Assembly: GCA_963514005.1 (NCBI GenBank)
Contig: OY740785.1
Location: forward strand, 60,822,001-60,886,000
Direction of reading: 5' to 3'
DNA: 64,000 nt
From: Raja brachyura
Taxonomy: Eukaryota
In this document: positions 11,701-26,700 of the stretch, in pieces
How the letters are laid out: the number at the start of each line of letters is the position of its first letter
How positions within the stretch are numbered: position 1 is the first letter of the stretch
Position numbers and translations under genes: made by a program
The notes under the pieces: model-generated
Seen by the model: only the letters and a program-made list of their open reading frames with translations
What the model was told of the DNA's origin: nothing
Database searches by the model: none

Positions 11701-14700
11701 GCAAAATACTGTTGAATTGGAAATATGAAGTAAACCAAGACGTTGGAAATGCTCATCAGTATTTATAGTTCTTATGCAAAGCCTTTGCGTTGAAATCTGT
11801 AGCCTTTTCTGTTCCAACTACAATAAATAAAAAAAAACAAACGAAGAATATTTAGATATTGTTAAATTACCTTCAATTTTAGACATGATGGTTTTTTCAA
11901 TTACTGTCCGAAGTAACGTTGCATCAGACTGATCACTTTTCTTGAATTCGTCATCTTCCAGGTGACAGTACTCCTCCACAGCTGAAATCCATGGCATTTC
12001 TGACAAGTACGAGTAATCATGCTAAACAACAAAAATGGATTTTAGGAATCTGCAGTCTTCGCGACTTTCAACTAACTCTTGTACCAAACATGGTGAATAA
12101 ACAGTTGCTTTATTCAGACATAATAGGTTCGAAATACACACACGTTGGGTCCGCTAACATATTGTCATTGCTCTGTAGCTGAGCGAACTCAGCTACCTGT
12201 AGACTAATGATCTCCAGGTGAGATCTGCTTATGTAGCAGGACACTCCCCTTAACCCATGATGTCACGTGACAGCCCTCGTAACCACTGACGAGGGTTGGA
12301 CCGTAAGTGGTCTGACTATCAGCTGACGCCACACTCTAATCAATTCACATGAAGCATTGCTACATATTGGAGTGGCAGTAATTCTGCAGGTAATGCAACT
12401 GTTACACAGCTCCAGCGAACCAAGTTTGACCCTCAGCTCTGGTGCCGTCTCCCTGAAGTTTGCACATTCTTTCGGTGATCATGCAGGTTTCATCTGGATG
12501 CTGTTTTCTCCCATACCTCAAAGACACGCCCTTTAATCAGTTAAAAATTAGATACTGTAAACTTGTGCAGGTAGGTGGTAGAAGAATGAGGAGTGGGGAG
12601 GGGATGTGCAACAGAATAGATTGCAGGAAAATAGGTGGGAGAATGCAAATGGTCTATAGTGCCCTCCATAATGTTTGGGACAAAGACCTTCCTTTATTTA
12701 TTTGGTTGTGTACTTGAGATTTGTAATAGAAAAAAAATCACATGTGGTTAAAGTGCACATTGTCAGATTTTATTAAAGGGTATTTTTATACATTTTAGTT
12801 TCACCATGTAGAAATTTCAGCAGTATTTATACATAGTCCCATTTCAGGGCACCATAATGTTTGGGACATGTTTGGTGTATGTAATTGCTCAGGTGTGTTT
12901 AAATGCCTCTGTAACGCAGGCGTAAGAGAGCTCTCAGCACCTAGTCTTTCTCCCAGTCTTTCCATCACCTTTGGAAACTTTTAATGCTGTTTCTCAACAT
13001 GAAGACCAAAGTTGTGTCAATGAAAGTCAAAGATGACAATATGAGACTGGGAAACAAGAATAAAGCTGTTAGAGACATCAGCCAAACCTTAGGCTTACCA
13101 AAATGAACTGTTTGGTACACATTAAGCAGAAAGAGAACACCGGTGAGCTTACCAATCGCAAAGGGGCTGGCAGGCCTCCACAGCTGATGACAGAAGAATT
13201 CTCTCTATAATAAAGAAAAATCCCCAAACACCTGTACGACAGATCAGAAACACTCTTCAGGAATCAGGTGTGGATTTGTCAATGACCACTGTCCGCAGAA
13301 CACTTCATGAACAGAAATACAAGACTACACTGCAAGATGCAAACCACTGGTTAGACGCAAAAATAGGATGGTCGGGTTAGTTTGCCAAGAAGTACTTAAT
13401 AGAGCAACAGTTCTGGAAAAAGGTCTTGTGGACGAATGAGACAAAGATCTTGTATCAGAGTGATGACAAGAGCAAAGTATGGAGGAGAGAAAGAACTGCC
13501 CAAGATCCAAAGCACACACCTCATCTGTGAAACACGGTGGTAGCTGTGTTATGGCCTGGGCATGTATGGCTGCTGACAGTACTAGCTCACTTATCTTCAT
13601 TGATGAAACAACTGCTGATGGTAGTAGCATAATGAATTCTGAAGTGTATGGACACATCTTATCTGCTCAAGTTCAAACAATTGCTTCAAAGCTTATTGGC
13701 TGACGGTTCATTCTAGAGCAAGACAATGATCCCAAACATACTGCTAAAGCAACAAAGGAGTTTTTCAAAGCTAAAAAAATGGTAAATTCTTGAGTGGCCA
13801 AGTCAATCACCCGAACTGAACCCAATTGAGCATGCCTTTTATATGCTGAAGAGAAAACTGAAGGGGACTCGCCCCCAAAGCAAGCATAAGCTAAAGATGG
13901 CTGCAATGCAGGCCTGGTAGAGCATCACCAGAGGAGACACCCAGCAACTGCTGATGTCCATGAATTGCAGACTTCAAGCAGTCATTGCATGCAATGGATA
14001 TGCAACAAAATACTAAACATGACTACTTTCATTAACATGACATTGCTGTGTGCCAAACATTATGGTGCCCTGAAATGGGGGGTCTATGTAATTTCCACAT
14101 GGTGAAACCAAAATGTATAAAAATGGCCTTTATTAAAATCAGGCCATGTGCACTTTAACCACATGTGATTTTTTTCTATTACAAATCTCAAATAGTGGAG
14201 TACAGAGGCAAATAAATGATGGGTCTCTGTCCCAAACATTATGGAGGGCACTGTGAATGCGAATGGTCTTAAAGCCAACATAATCCTGATGGGTGAATGG
14301 CCTCTCTATACAATAAAATATGAAATGTGATGCTGTTAACAAATACCACCAGGGCTTCCAGCTTCATAGCAAACAATGCAACAAACAAATTAGTGATAAT
14401 TTTTCAAAATTCCTTAGATTCTGGAGTAGTTCCTGAGGATTGGAGGGTAGCTAATGTAACCCCACTTTTTAAAAAAGGAGGGAGAGAGAAAGCGGGGAAT
14501 TACAGACCAGTTAGTCTAACATCGGTAGTGGGGAAACTGCTAGAGTCAGTTATTAAAGATGGGATAGCAGCGCATTTGGAAAGTGGTGAAATCATTGGAC
14601 AAAGTCAGCATGGATTTACGAAAGGTAAATCATGTCTGACAAATCTGATAGAATTTTTCGAGGATGTAACTAGTAGAGTGGATAAGGGAGAACCAGTGGA

Positions 14701-17700
14701 TGTGTTATATCTAGACTTTCAGAAGGCTTTCGACAAGGTCCCGCATAAGAGATTAGCATACAAACTTAAAGCACACGGTATTGGGGGTTCAGTATTGATG
14801 TGGATAGAGAACTGGCTAGCAGACAGGAGGCAAAGGGTAGGAGTAAACGGGTCCTTTTCAGAATGGCAGGCAGTGACTAGTGGGGTGCCGCAAGGCTCAG
14901 TGCTGGGACCCCAGCTATTTACAATATATATTAATGATTTGGACGAGGGAATTCAATGCAACATCTCCAAATTTGCAGATGATACCAAGCTGGGGGGTAT
15001 AGTTAGGTGTGAGGAGGATGCTTGGAGGCTGCAGGGTGATTTGGATAGGCTGAGTGAATGGGCAGATGCATGGCAGATGCAGTACAATGTGGATAAATGT
15101 GAGGTTATCCACTTTGGTGGCAAAAACATGAGGGTAGACTATTATCTGAATGGTGGCAGATTAGGTAAGGGGGAGATGCAACGAGACCTGGGTGTCATGG
15201 TACACCAGTCATTGAAAGTAGGCATGCAGGTGCAGCAGGCAGTGAAGAAAGCAAATGGTATGTTAGCATTCATAGCGAAAGGATTTGAGTATAGGAGCAG
15301 GGAGGTTCTACTGCAGTTGTACAGGGTTTTGGTGAGGCCACACCTGGAGTACTGCGTACAGTTTTGGTCTCCAAATCTGAGGAAAGACATCCTTGCCATA
15401 GAGGGGGTACAGAGAAGATTCACCAGACTGATTCCTGGGATGTCAGGACTTTCATATGAGGAAAGATTGGATAGACTCGGTTTGTACTCGATGGAATTTA
15501 GAAGATTGAGGGGGGATCTTATAGAAACCTACAAAATTCTTAAGGGGTTGGACAAGCTAGATGCTGGAAGATTGTTCCCGATGTTGGGGGAGTCCAGAAC
15601 AAGGGGTCACAGTCTAAGGATAAGGGGGAATTCCTTTAGGACCGAAATGAGGAAAACATTCTTTACACAGAGAGTGGTGAGTCTCTGGAATTCTCTGCCA
15701 CAGAAGGTAGTTGAGGCCAGTTCATTGGCTATATTTAAGAGGGCGTTAGATGTGGCACTTGTGGCTAAAGGGATCAGGGGGTATGGAGAGAAGGCAGGTA
15801 CGGGATACTGAGTTGGATGATCAGCCATGATCACATTGAATGGCGGTGCAGGCTCGAAGGGCCGAATGGCCTACTCCTGCACCTATTTTCTATGTTTCTA
15901 TGTTTCTAAACGTTTTTCACTGTACCTCGGTACACGCGACAATAAACTAAACTGAACTGAACTTAGAACATTTCATTCACTCAACTAGAACAAGTGGTAG
16001 ATACTCTTTGTTTTACTTTCATAGCGTATGTTTATGTTAAACTCTATCGTGTATTGTGTTCTTTTGTATTCGTATTGCTGTATGGTAACTCATATCTCAC
16101 TGTACCAATTGGTGCATGTGACAATAAATGTAATTTGAACTATGCCAATTTGTAACTAAATGGTCAACGGCTAACTGTAAAGTTTCAGACAGCTTTACTC
16201 TGAAGTGTGCAATGTTTTCATTGCTCTCTTTGTGAGGGCAAATATCATTAGAGATGTACACTGCAGAACACAACTGCATCCATGCCAGTCCATTATCTGG
16301 CAATACTTTTAGACAGTCACACTTTTGAGGAAGCAGAAACAAGCTGATCTACTTGTAGTGTCATTAGGGTTGTCTGAAGAGATCAAGCTCAGAAAAAATG
16401 AAAACCTGGTGAAAGGGGGAAAATAAAACTAAGAATTAATTTTATTAGTAACTAAATAGATTTGCCCCAGTGCAGGCATCACCAAAGGATTTGCCAACTG
16501 AGAATCCAATGATAACTGGTGTCTGGAAGGTTGTTGCCACTACATTATTCATACAACATAAAAAACATGTTCAAAAAATAAAGGTTTATTGAAGTTCCGT
16601 AATGCCATCAAGTACTTCTAAAAGTGTAAGCGTGGGTATTGTATGTATTCTCAAACCACCATCAATATTTCTGAAAATTTGCAACACTTAGTTGGAACAC
16701 AAACTTCCAATTGCCACACAGCTTTACTATTCACCTCAGTGGTTTCTTATAGTTTACTTCCTGGAGGCAAAAACCCACTGATCAGTGTGTTCCTAGCTGG
16801 GTCGGCCAGAGGCTTTGGAAGGAGAGAGTGCTGTAGCCACATGATACATTGCCCTGCTACCATTATTGTTATAAAAGCAGAAAATGTTGGAAATACTCAG
16901 CATATCCAGGCAGCTTCTTCAGAGAGAGTTAACATGTCAGGTCAACCTGAAGATGAACCACCTGGAGGCATCAGTCAAAATGCCACCCAACTGTTTCATT
17001 TGTTCAAAGACCATGATCAACCAGGGGATGTGACCAGAGTGTACAGAATGACATGCAGAGTTTTCTAACACAAGGTATACTTCCACAGCTAAAGAGCTAT
17101 CCTTTCCTATCTTATAATGAAGATTTATAAACTCAGTCTGTGGGATAAATGTTACTATATTAGCTTCTGGAAGTTCTATGATTATTGATTTAATACTTAC
17201 TTTTAGAGGATTCCATCCAATCAGTTGCAAACGGATTAAAGGATTCAGGATTTTTTGAAGACAGAGACCAATATAAGCATTGTAATATGAATCCGGAAAT
17301 TTCTCCCGCCACAGTTTAAACTTGGCAAAAATTTTGTCAAAACTGTAAAAGTCTTTATGTACATCCTGGAAAATCTTCCTGGATTCCTTCAGAATGTGAT
17401 CTATGTTAAATGACAAAAAGGTTTGTTCAAATAAGAGAAGGATTAAAAAAAAGCACAAAAGAGTTGGAACAAAATAAACATTAAAACCCAGCTGACAAGT
17501 TACAGATCAAAGCATAAAATATAAAATACACCTTATTGAGAATCTGTACCCAAACTGTATTTTATGGTTATTTAAGCATTAAGATTTTAGTTAAAAAAAA
17601 CAATTGCTAGTTCTAATTGTGCATCTCAAGGCACAGATGTTTGTGATATTTGGCAATTACCATGCCTGCTGCCTATACACCTGTCAATATTTTTTTGCAG

Positions 17701-20700
17701 CAGGAAAGAGATGATGCCTTATAGCACTACATGCACAGACAAATTTCATATGGTCTTTGCAGAAGAAAAGTATGACAATCTTAATTGATTATTTCCATAA
17801 CTTGAATATCAACAAAATGCTGCTTTGCAAAGTATGTGTGTCACCTAACTGCATTGAAACACAAGACATTTCATTAAAATGGAAAATAAGAAAGTGAAAT
17901 AGTACACATCCAACAGATCTGGCAGGCCAAATCCAGAAAACAATAATATGCTTACCTTCTTTGTCATGGAACTCAGATATCTCAGCTGGAGACATTTCAT
18001 CATCACTGGACAAGTGTTTGTGATGGTCTACTTCCTTGCCTGCCAATCTTCTTAAGTGTTCCTTATGAGCCCTAGGCAGCAAAAATATATGATTCAAATT
18101 TGTTATTTTCCACACGTAACTTCCCTATCAACTTTGGAAATGTATTAACTTAAATACCTTCTTGCCTCTCGTTTTTCAATTCTCTGCTGTAATAGTTCGA
18201 CGGAGTCCAAGTTGTTGGAGTCTTTGTTGCAACTGGTGATGTCATCTTCCTCTGAAAACACGAGTCAGTATATTGTAAATGCTTAAATATTGAAATTTGC
18301 CCAATTCATTAATTCATACTTAGCACCTGACAGTGCTGACACTTTTAAATAACACATTTAAAAATTATTTTATGCTTCCAGTATTCAACAATTTGTCTCT
18401 AAATCTACCAGCACACTAAATAAATAAATACGCAGAATTGTGGCTTCATGCCTTCCCACTTTTTTAGGATTGTACTGAAATATTACTATTTTTCAGTTAG
18501 AATTTATAACCCAATAAGCAGTTTCTTTAAAATTTGCTGAAAGTAATTATCCAAATCAAATTTCAACTGTAAAACTAAATTCAAAGAAGCACAAGAGCAA
18601 GATTTCAATAAAATGAATGCTCAAAATGACATAATGATTAAACTAACTTGATAGCTGCCAAATATCAGATGTTTCATCTTGAACATCATCCTGTCTACGC
18701 TGCAAGAGTTTTCTTGCCTGCTCCCGCAGTAACTGATGCAGTTCAGATTCCAGTTCATTGATGCGATGTATCTAAAAGAAATAATGTAAGTAAATGTCTT
18801 TCCTCTCCATCTCAAGCCAGGAATTATACTGCACAATATTGTTGCCGTACTATTTCTTGAATTTTATCGTCATAACTTCAACATCCTAACACACACACAC
18901 ACACATAATCTTTGCGAGGGAACAGATAGGTTTTACCTAAAACACAAATCCCACCAATAACTATTTTCATTATCTTTATTTCATGAAAGTCGAACTCAAG
19001 TACACACTGCACCAGTGTCCTGTTATGGCTTTGGACTCACACTTTGACTCTCCACAGCCACTGCAGCACATGCAATGCACAGAATAGGAGCAAAACTCAA
19101 TTTTCCTGAATCTGTGCAGCTCCAACAACACTTGATAAAACTCTTACCATCTGAGACATTCAGCCGATTTGATTGGAATTCAATCGATTTTCTAAAACAT
19201 TCCTTCCTTCTGAAATTCCATGGTCTTGGATGAAGTGTATACAAAATGCAATGCAGATTTTCAACCAGACTATACTGATCAATAACTACCATAAAGGAGC
19301 CAGGGACATTACTCCGCAGGGACACCATCATATACAAGTTCCCACTATATCCACACCATGTTGATTTAGAAATACATACTGGTCCTTCATCATCCCTGGG
19401 TTTAAACACTAGAGCTAACAGCAGTATGGGGATGCCTTCACAAGAAAGAGTGTATCAGTTCAGAAAGAGTTCAAAGATGTTACCCAATCTGCCGAGTACA
19501 TTCACCACCATTAGTTTATATTGCAGATCTCTACATTTAATTCTGCTGCTGCACTGCAAATTGATTCTTATTTTATATAGTCAAGCTGAATTAATTGGCA
19601 TGGATCATTCATGATTATCTTGGCTTTCCTCCAATATTCACCACTGAAGTTAATGAATTTGCAGATCCTGCACCATGAAGGGTCCAGCAATGCATCGTAT
19701 GGAAAATTATCTCTGAATAAGTTCACAACTTCCAGGTTCGACTGAACATGCTTGGAAATCCAAATTTGTTGGCATTTACATGGGTACAAGGCAGCTGGTC
19801 CAAATCTTACACATCATAGTACACTGACTTCAGTGGTGGGCAAATTAATGGAAAAGATACTTAGAGATAATATATAAGTATCTGGATAAAGAGGGTCTAA
19901 TTAGGAACAGTCAACATGGATTTATGCCTGGAAGGTCATGTTTGACTAATCTTCTTGAATTTTTTGAAGAGGTTACTAGGGAAATTGACGAGGGTAAAGC
20001 AGTGGATGTTGTCTATATGGACTTCAGTAAGGCCTTTGACAAGGTTCCTCATGGAAGGTTGGTTAAGAAGGTTCAACTGTTGGGTATAAATGCAGGAATA
20101 GCAAGATGGATTCAACAGTGGCTGAATGGGAGAAGCCAGAGGGTAATGGTGGATGGCTGTTTGTTGGGTTGGAGGCAGGTGACTAGTGGGGTGCCTCAGG
20201 GATCTGTGTTGGGTCCTTTGTTGTTTGTCATGTACATCAATGATCTGGATGAAGGGGTGGTAAATTGGATTAGTAAGTATGCAGATGATACCAAGATAGG
20301 GGGTGTTGTGGATAATGAAGAGGATTTCCAAAGTCTACAGAGTGATTTAGGCCAGTTGGAAAAATGGGCTGAAAGATGGCAGATGGAGTTTAATGCTGAT
20401 AAATGTGAGGTGCTACACCTTGGCAGGACAAATCAAAATAGGACGTACATGGTAAACGGTAGGGAATTGAAGAATACAGTTGAACAGAGGGATCTGGGAA
20501 TAACCGTGCATAGTTCCTTGAAGGTGGAATCTCATATAGATAGGGTGGTAAAGAAAGCTTTTGGTATGCTAGCCTTTATAAATCAGAGCATTGAGTATAG
20601 AATCTGGGATGTAATGTTAAAATTGTACAAGGCATTGGTGAGACCAAATCTGGAGTATGGTGTACAATTTTGGTCGCCCAATTATAGGAAGGATGTCAAC

Positions 20701-23700
20701 AAAATAGAGAGGGTACAGAGGAGATTTACTAGAATGTTGCCTGGGTTTCAACAGCTAAGTTACAGAGATAGGTTGAATAAGTTAGGTCTTTATTCTCTGG
20801 AGCGCAGAAGGTTAAGGGGGGGACTTGATAGAGGTCTTTAAAATGATGAGAGGGATAGACAGAGTTGATGTGGACAAGCTTTTCCCTATGAGAATAGGGA
20901 AGATTCAAACAAGAGGACATGACTTTAGAATTAACGGACAGAGGTTTAGGGGTAACATGAGGGGGAACTTCTTTACTCAGAGAGTGGTAGCGGTGTGGAA
21001 TGAGCTTCCAGTGGAAGTGGTGGCGGCAGGTTCGTTGGTATCATTTAAAAATAAATTGGATAGGCATATGGATGAGAAGGGTATGGAGGGTTATGGTATG
21101 AGTGCAGGCAGGTGGGACTAAGGGAAAAAAGTTGTTCGGCATGGACTTGAAGGGCCAAGATGGCCTGTTTCCGTGCTGTAATTGTTATATGGTTATAGCT
21201 TGTCTGTATGCCGTATTTTGGACATAGAAAAGTACAAATATGAACAGTTAACTAACTGTGAGTTAGGTCCCAGGCCTAATCACAAAACAATTTTCTAACA
21301 CACTTGTTGTACCTTTTCATTGAAGCAATTGGTGAGATTTTTAACATAGGTTCGCATTTCTTGATAAAACCTGTAACGAAGATTGGGGCCAGAAGCTGCT
21401 TCTAGATGTTCAATTGTGCATTGTGAACTCTCAGCAGATTCTTGAATCTTTTCGTGCTCACGACAATGGGACCGGTGAACTTCTTGCAAGGACTCCAGTC
21501 TGAAGAAAAGTTACCAAATAATTCACAACCCAGTTTTGAAATGAAGTCAAAATCATAAAATACAACAAAAGTACTGTGATTACTGTGTGCTTCTATATCA
21601 TTAACTAGGTTACTTCACAATCCATAATTTCTTCTGTGCACATATGTAGACTGCACATCAAAGGAAAATATTTACAAGCCAAAACTTAACATTATTAAAT
21701 GAAATTACATTTTGCAATTTGCTTTCCCACTGCAAGATAGTGTAATATGCTTGCTTTGTAGCCTATTTTAACTTAATAACTGGCTTTTGTAATTAGGTAG
21801 AAGTAAGGAAACAGTTAAAATTGTTCTTTATCAATTTTTATTAGATTAACAGTGCACAGAATAATATAGTTGATTGGTGTTTAGCTTCTGTGAAAATCTA
21901 TGCTGCTATGCTCCGAACCAGTATCGCCATTCACTGTGATCATCCACAATCAATACCCCATTCCCGCCTTCTCCCCATATCCCGTGACCGCTATCTTTCA
22001 GAGCTCCATCTAACTTTCTCTTGAAAGCATTCAGAAAATTAGCCTCCACTGCCTTCTGAGGCAGAGAATTCCTCAGATTCACAACACTCTGGGTAAAAAT
22101 ATTTTTCCTCATCTCCATTCTAAATGGATTACCCCTTATTCTTAAACTGTGGCCCCTGATTCTGGGCTCCCCCAACATCGGGAACATGTTTCCTGCCTCT
22201 AGCGTGTCCAATCCCTTAATAATATTAGATGTTTCAATAAGATCCCCTCCCAGCCTTCTAAATTCGAGTGTATACACACCCAGTCGCTCCATTCTTTCAA
22301 CATATGACAGTCCCGCCATCCAGGGAATTAGCCTCGCGAACTTATGCTTTACTCCCTCAATAGCAAGAATGTCCATCCTCAAATTTGGAGACCAAAACTG
22401 CCCACAATACTCCAGGTGTGGTCTCTCTAGGGCCTTGTACATCTGCAGAAGGACCTCTTTGCTCCGATACTCAACTCATCTTGTTATGAAGGCCAACATG
22501 CCATTGCCTACTGTACCTGCATGCTTACTTTCAGTGACTGATGAACAAGGACACCCACATTGATCCACATTATACTGCATCTGTCCACTCACCCAACCTT
22601 TCCAAGTCACTCTGCATCCTCATAGCATCCTCCTCACAGTTCATGCTGCCACCTAGCTTTATGTCATCTGCAAATTTGCTAATGTTACTCTTAATCACCT
22701 CATCTAAATCATTAATGTATATTGTAAATAGCTGCGGTCCCAACACCGAGCCTTGCGACTAGTCACTGCCTGCCATTCTGAAAGGGACCAGTTAATCCCA
22801 ACTCTGTTTTCTGTCTGCCAACCAATTTTCTATCCATGTCAGTACCCTATCCCCAATACCATGTGCTCTAATTCTGCCCACTAATCTCCTACGTGCAACC
22901 TTCTCAAATGCTTTCTGAAAGTCCAGGTACACTATATCCACTGGCTCTCCCTTGTCCTTTTTCCTAGTCACAGCCTCAATTAGATCAGAAGATTAGTCCA
23001 GAAGATTAGTTAAGCATGATTTCCCCTTCGTAAATCCATGCTGACTCGGACCGATCCTGTTATTGCTATCCAAATGTGTCGCTATTTCATCTTCTATAAT
23101 TGACTCCAGCCTCTTCCCCACCACCGATGTCAGGCTAACTGGTCTATAATTCCCTGTTTTCTCTCTCCCTCCTTTCTTAAAATGGGATAACATTAGCTAC
23201 CCTCCAATCCACAGGAACTGATCCTGAATCTATAGAACATTGGAAAATGATCACCAATGCGTCCATTATTTCTAGAGCCACTTAAGTACCCTGGGATGCA
23301 GACCATCAGGCCCTGGGGATTTATCAGCCTTCTGTCCCATCAGTCTACCCAACACCATTTCTTGCCCAATGTGAATTTCCTTCACTTCCTCTGTCACCCG
23401 AGGTCCTCTGGCCACTACTACATCAGGAAGTTTGTATGTGTCTTCCTTAGTGAAGACAGATCCAAAGTACCTGTTCAACTCGTCTGCCATTTCCATGTTC
23501 CCCATAATAAATTCACCTCTTTCTGTCTTCAAGGGACCCACATTTGTCTTAACTTTTTTTTCTTCTTCTTCACATACTTAAAGAAGAATTTACTATCTTC
23601 CTTTATATTCTTGGCGAGCTCACATTTGTACCTCATCTTTCCTCCCCATATTGCCTTTTTAGTTATCTTCTGTTGCTCTTTAATAGTTTCCCAATTCTCT

Positions 23701-26700
23701 GGCTTCCCTTTCATCTTTGCTGTGATACTTCTCTTTTATTTTGTACTGTCCTTGACTTCCCTTGTCAGCCACAGTCACCTCTTACTCCTCTTTGGAATGA
23801 ACTGATCCTGCACCTTCTGTATTATTCCCAGAAATACCTTCCATTGTTGTTCCACTGTCATCCCTGCTGGGGTATCTTTCCAATCAACTTTGGCCAGCTC
23901 CTCTCTCATGGCTCCATAGTCCCCTTTATTCGACTGTAACACTGACACCTCCGATTTACCCTTCTCCCTCTCAAATTGTAGATTAAAACATGTCATATTA
24001 TGGTCACTACCGCCTAATGGCTCCTTTACCTTGAGTTCCCCTATCAAATCCAGTTCATTATTGCCTTCTCCCTGTTAGACTCCAGTACAAGCTGCTCTAA
24101 GAATCCATCACGGAGGCACTCCACAAACTCCCTTTCTTAGGGTCCTGTACCAACCTGATTTTCCCCAGTCTACCTGCATATTGATATCTCCCATAACCAC
24201 CGTAGCATTACCTTTGCTACATGCCAATTTTAACTATTGATTCAACTTGCACCCTATATCCAGGCTACAGTTTGGGGGCCTGTAGATAACTCCCATTAGG
24301 GTCTTTTTACCCTTACAATTCCTCAGTTCTATCCATACTGACTCTACATCTCCTGATTCTATGTCACCCCTCGCAAGGGATTGAATTTCATTCCTTACCA
24401 ACAGAGCTATCCCTCCCTCTCTGCCCACCCGTCTGTCTTTTCGATATGACGTATACCCCTGAATATTCAGTTCCCAGCTCTGGTCCTCTTGCAGCCATGT
24501 CTCTGTAATTCCCACAACATTATACTTGTCAATTTCTAACTGAGCCTCAAACTCATCCACTTTATTTCTTATACTTTGCATATTCATACACAACACTTTA
24601 ACTTTGTATTCACCTCCCCTCTCACACCCGTCTCCATTGGCCCTGACCGTACTCTCTTCTCCCCTCGCGACCTTTCCTTCCCATTAATTTGGGAGTCTTT
24701 TGTAGCTTTTCCTGTACTCACTACCCCTTTAACTCAATCTTTATACTCCCAATTTGTCAACTGCTTCCCCCCCCACCCCCCCCGCTATTTAGTTTAAACC
24801 CACATGTGGAGCACTAGCAAACCTGCCTGCCAGAACGTTGATCCCCCTCCAATTAGCCCCTGAATATAACTGTTCCACAATTGGCAGCTGCATCTTCAGA
24901 TGCCAAACAGGTTTTTCCACTAAATTACTGTAGTTCTCTTCTTTTCTCCTTAAGGTTAGTTTAACAATCTTAATGCAAGAGTACTGAGTTTACCAAATGT
25001 TCTTTCAGGGAAATTTGTTTATCTATGACAACGCCACCTATTATTGTGCATTCCAATTGTAAACGAAGGATAAACATTGTTCTTGTAATTACTTCCAACT
25101 TTACCAAGGCTTCCTGGGTGGAGCTCTCTCATCACTTTGAAACCATAGGTATTAATTTATCCTTTAAAATTTTAGTGACAATTTAAGATACCTATTGATT
25201 AATCGCTTTTTCACAATTTCCAAGTTGACCGGTGGAAGTTTCTGCAGGTTGTCCAGCATCTTACTCACTATGAGTGGGTTTGGCCGGCTGGCTGCATCAG
25301 CAAACTGTGACAGAAAATCAGCAAAACTTCATAAGCATTACAATGATATTTTAAATACTTGAACAGCGATACTATTTCTGCAACAACATTTCATGTATAT
25401 CTTGCCCAAAATTGGATTGATGGACTGATAACTTCAAAAATGTTTGATGCTGTTCAAAAGATATTGTGGCAACCAAAGATCTGCAATCACATGGGAACAC
25501 CACCACCTTCAGCTTCCCATCCAATTCACACACCATTTAGATCTGGAAACTGCCAACTGTTATCATGGCTGGGTTAAGACCAGAATAACTATAGCAGTTC
25601 GAGACAGCTGCTCATAGCCATTTTCTCCCAGACAATTAGGAATGAGCCAGAAACATCCAGATTTGAAAAGAGCTGACAGTACTGCTGCCTGGGTGCCAGA
25701 GACCCATGCTCAATCCTAACCTCGGGTCTATATGGAATTTGCACTTTCGTCCTGTGGGCTTCCTCCGGGTATTCCTACGGCCCAAAGACATGGAAATTTG
25801 CAGGGTAATTGGCCTCTGTAAATTGCCCCCAGTGTATCGGAGCGGATTAGAAAATGGGATAACATAGAACTAGTGTGAACGGGTGATTGCTGGTTCACAT
25901 GGACATGGTGGGCCATAGGGCCTGTTTTCACACTGTATCTTTCAATTTAATAACTGAAAACAACTCCAAACAAAAGCCAATAATCAGTCCTATTTCCTGC
26001 AGGTTTCTGAATTCATTAAGCTGGATGTTTTTTCTGAGAAAAGTAAACCTAGCAGCCTCATGCATGACACACAATTGCTGTGATAATTGTAAAACAATGG
26101 GGCACGATGTGGGACTGACTTCGCCTGCAGCCTACATGGCATTATTTCATATTTTCCCATCATAGGTTCAAAAGTTTTAGGAACAAAATAAGGCCATTTG
26201 GCCTATCAGGTCTACCCTGCCATTCAATCATGCCTGATCTATCTTTCCCTCTCAACCCCATTCTCTTCCCTTCCTCAAATACCCCCATCACACAGAAATA
26301 GGTCAGTCAGCACCAAATCTATGCCAGCTCTCACTGTCATTTTATCAATCGAATTCTTCTCGATATTTGCTTGTAGCCTATTCTCTCTGACGTCAATAAA
26401 CTCTACTTTGATTATCCTGCAACCCAACTACACACAGATCATTTACAGCACCAGTTAACCTACTTTTGGGTGCAAAGTAAGGCACTGAGAAGCAAATCAT
26501 TGCACAGAGGATTTAAACTTACAGCTCTGAATTCATAAAGTCCAAGTCAAAAGACAAGAACCTTTGGCCCACTGTATCTGTGCCAACTATCAACCACCCA
26601 TTTATGTTAATCTTCCATGAATCCTACTTTCTCCACATTTCCATCAACTCGAACAATAGAACCAACCCCCCACTTCATTGGCCACTGGAAATTCCCCCTA

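Noticed and set aside
12257-12326. C/D-box snoRNA (ATGATGT...CTGA) or hammerhead (CTGACGA...GTAA) on +
   Set aside because: The C box is imperfect and antisense to the host gene, and the hammerhead lacks GAAA; kept only as part of the unexplained hairpin cassette.
20816-20822. Programmed frameshift between the two CR1-B ORFs
   Set aside because: The sister copy has six G/C at this site, so the seventh G is a slippage mutation or homopolymer sequencing error.
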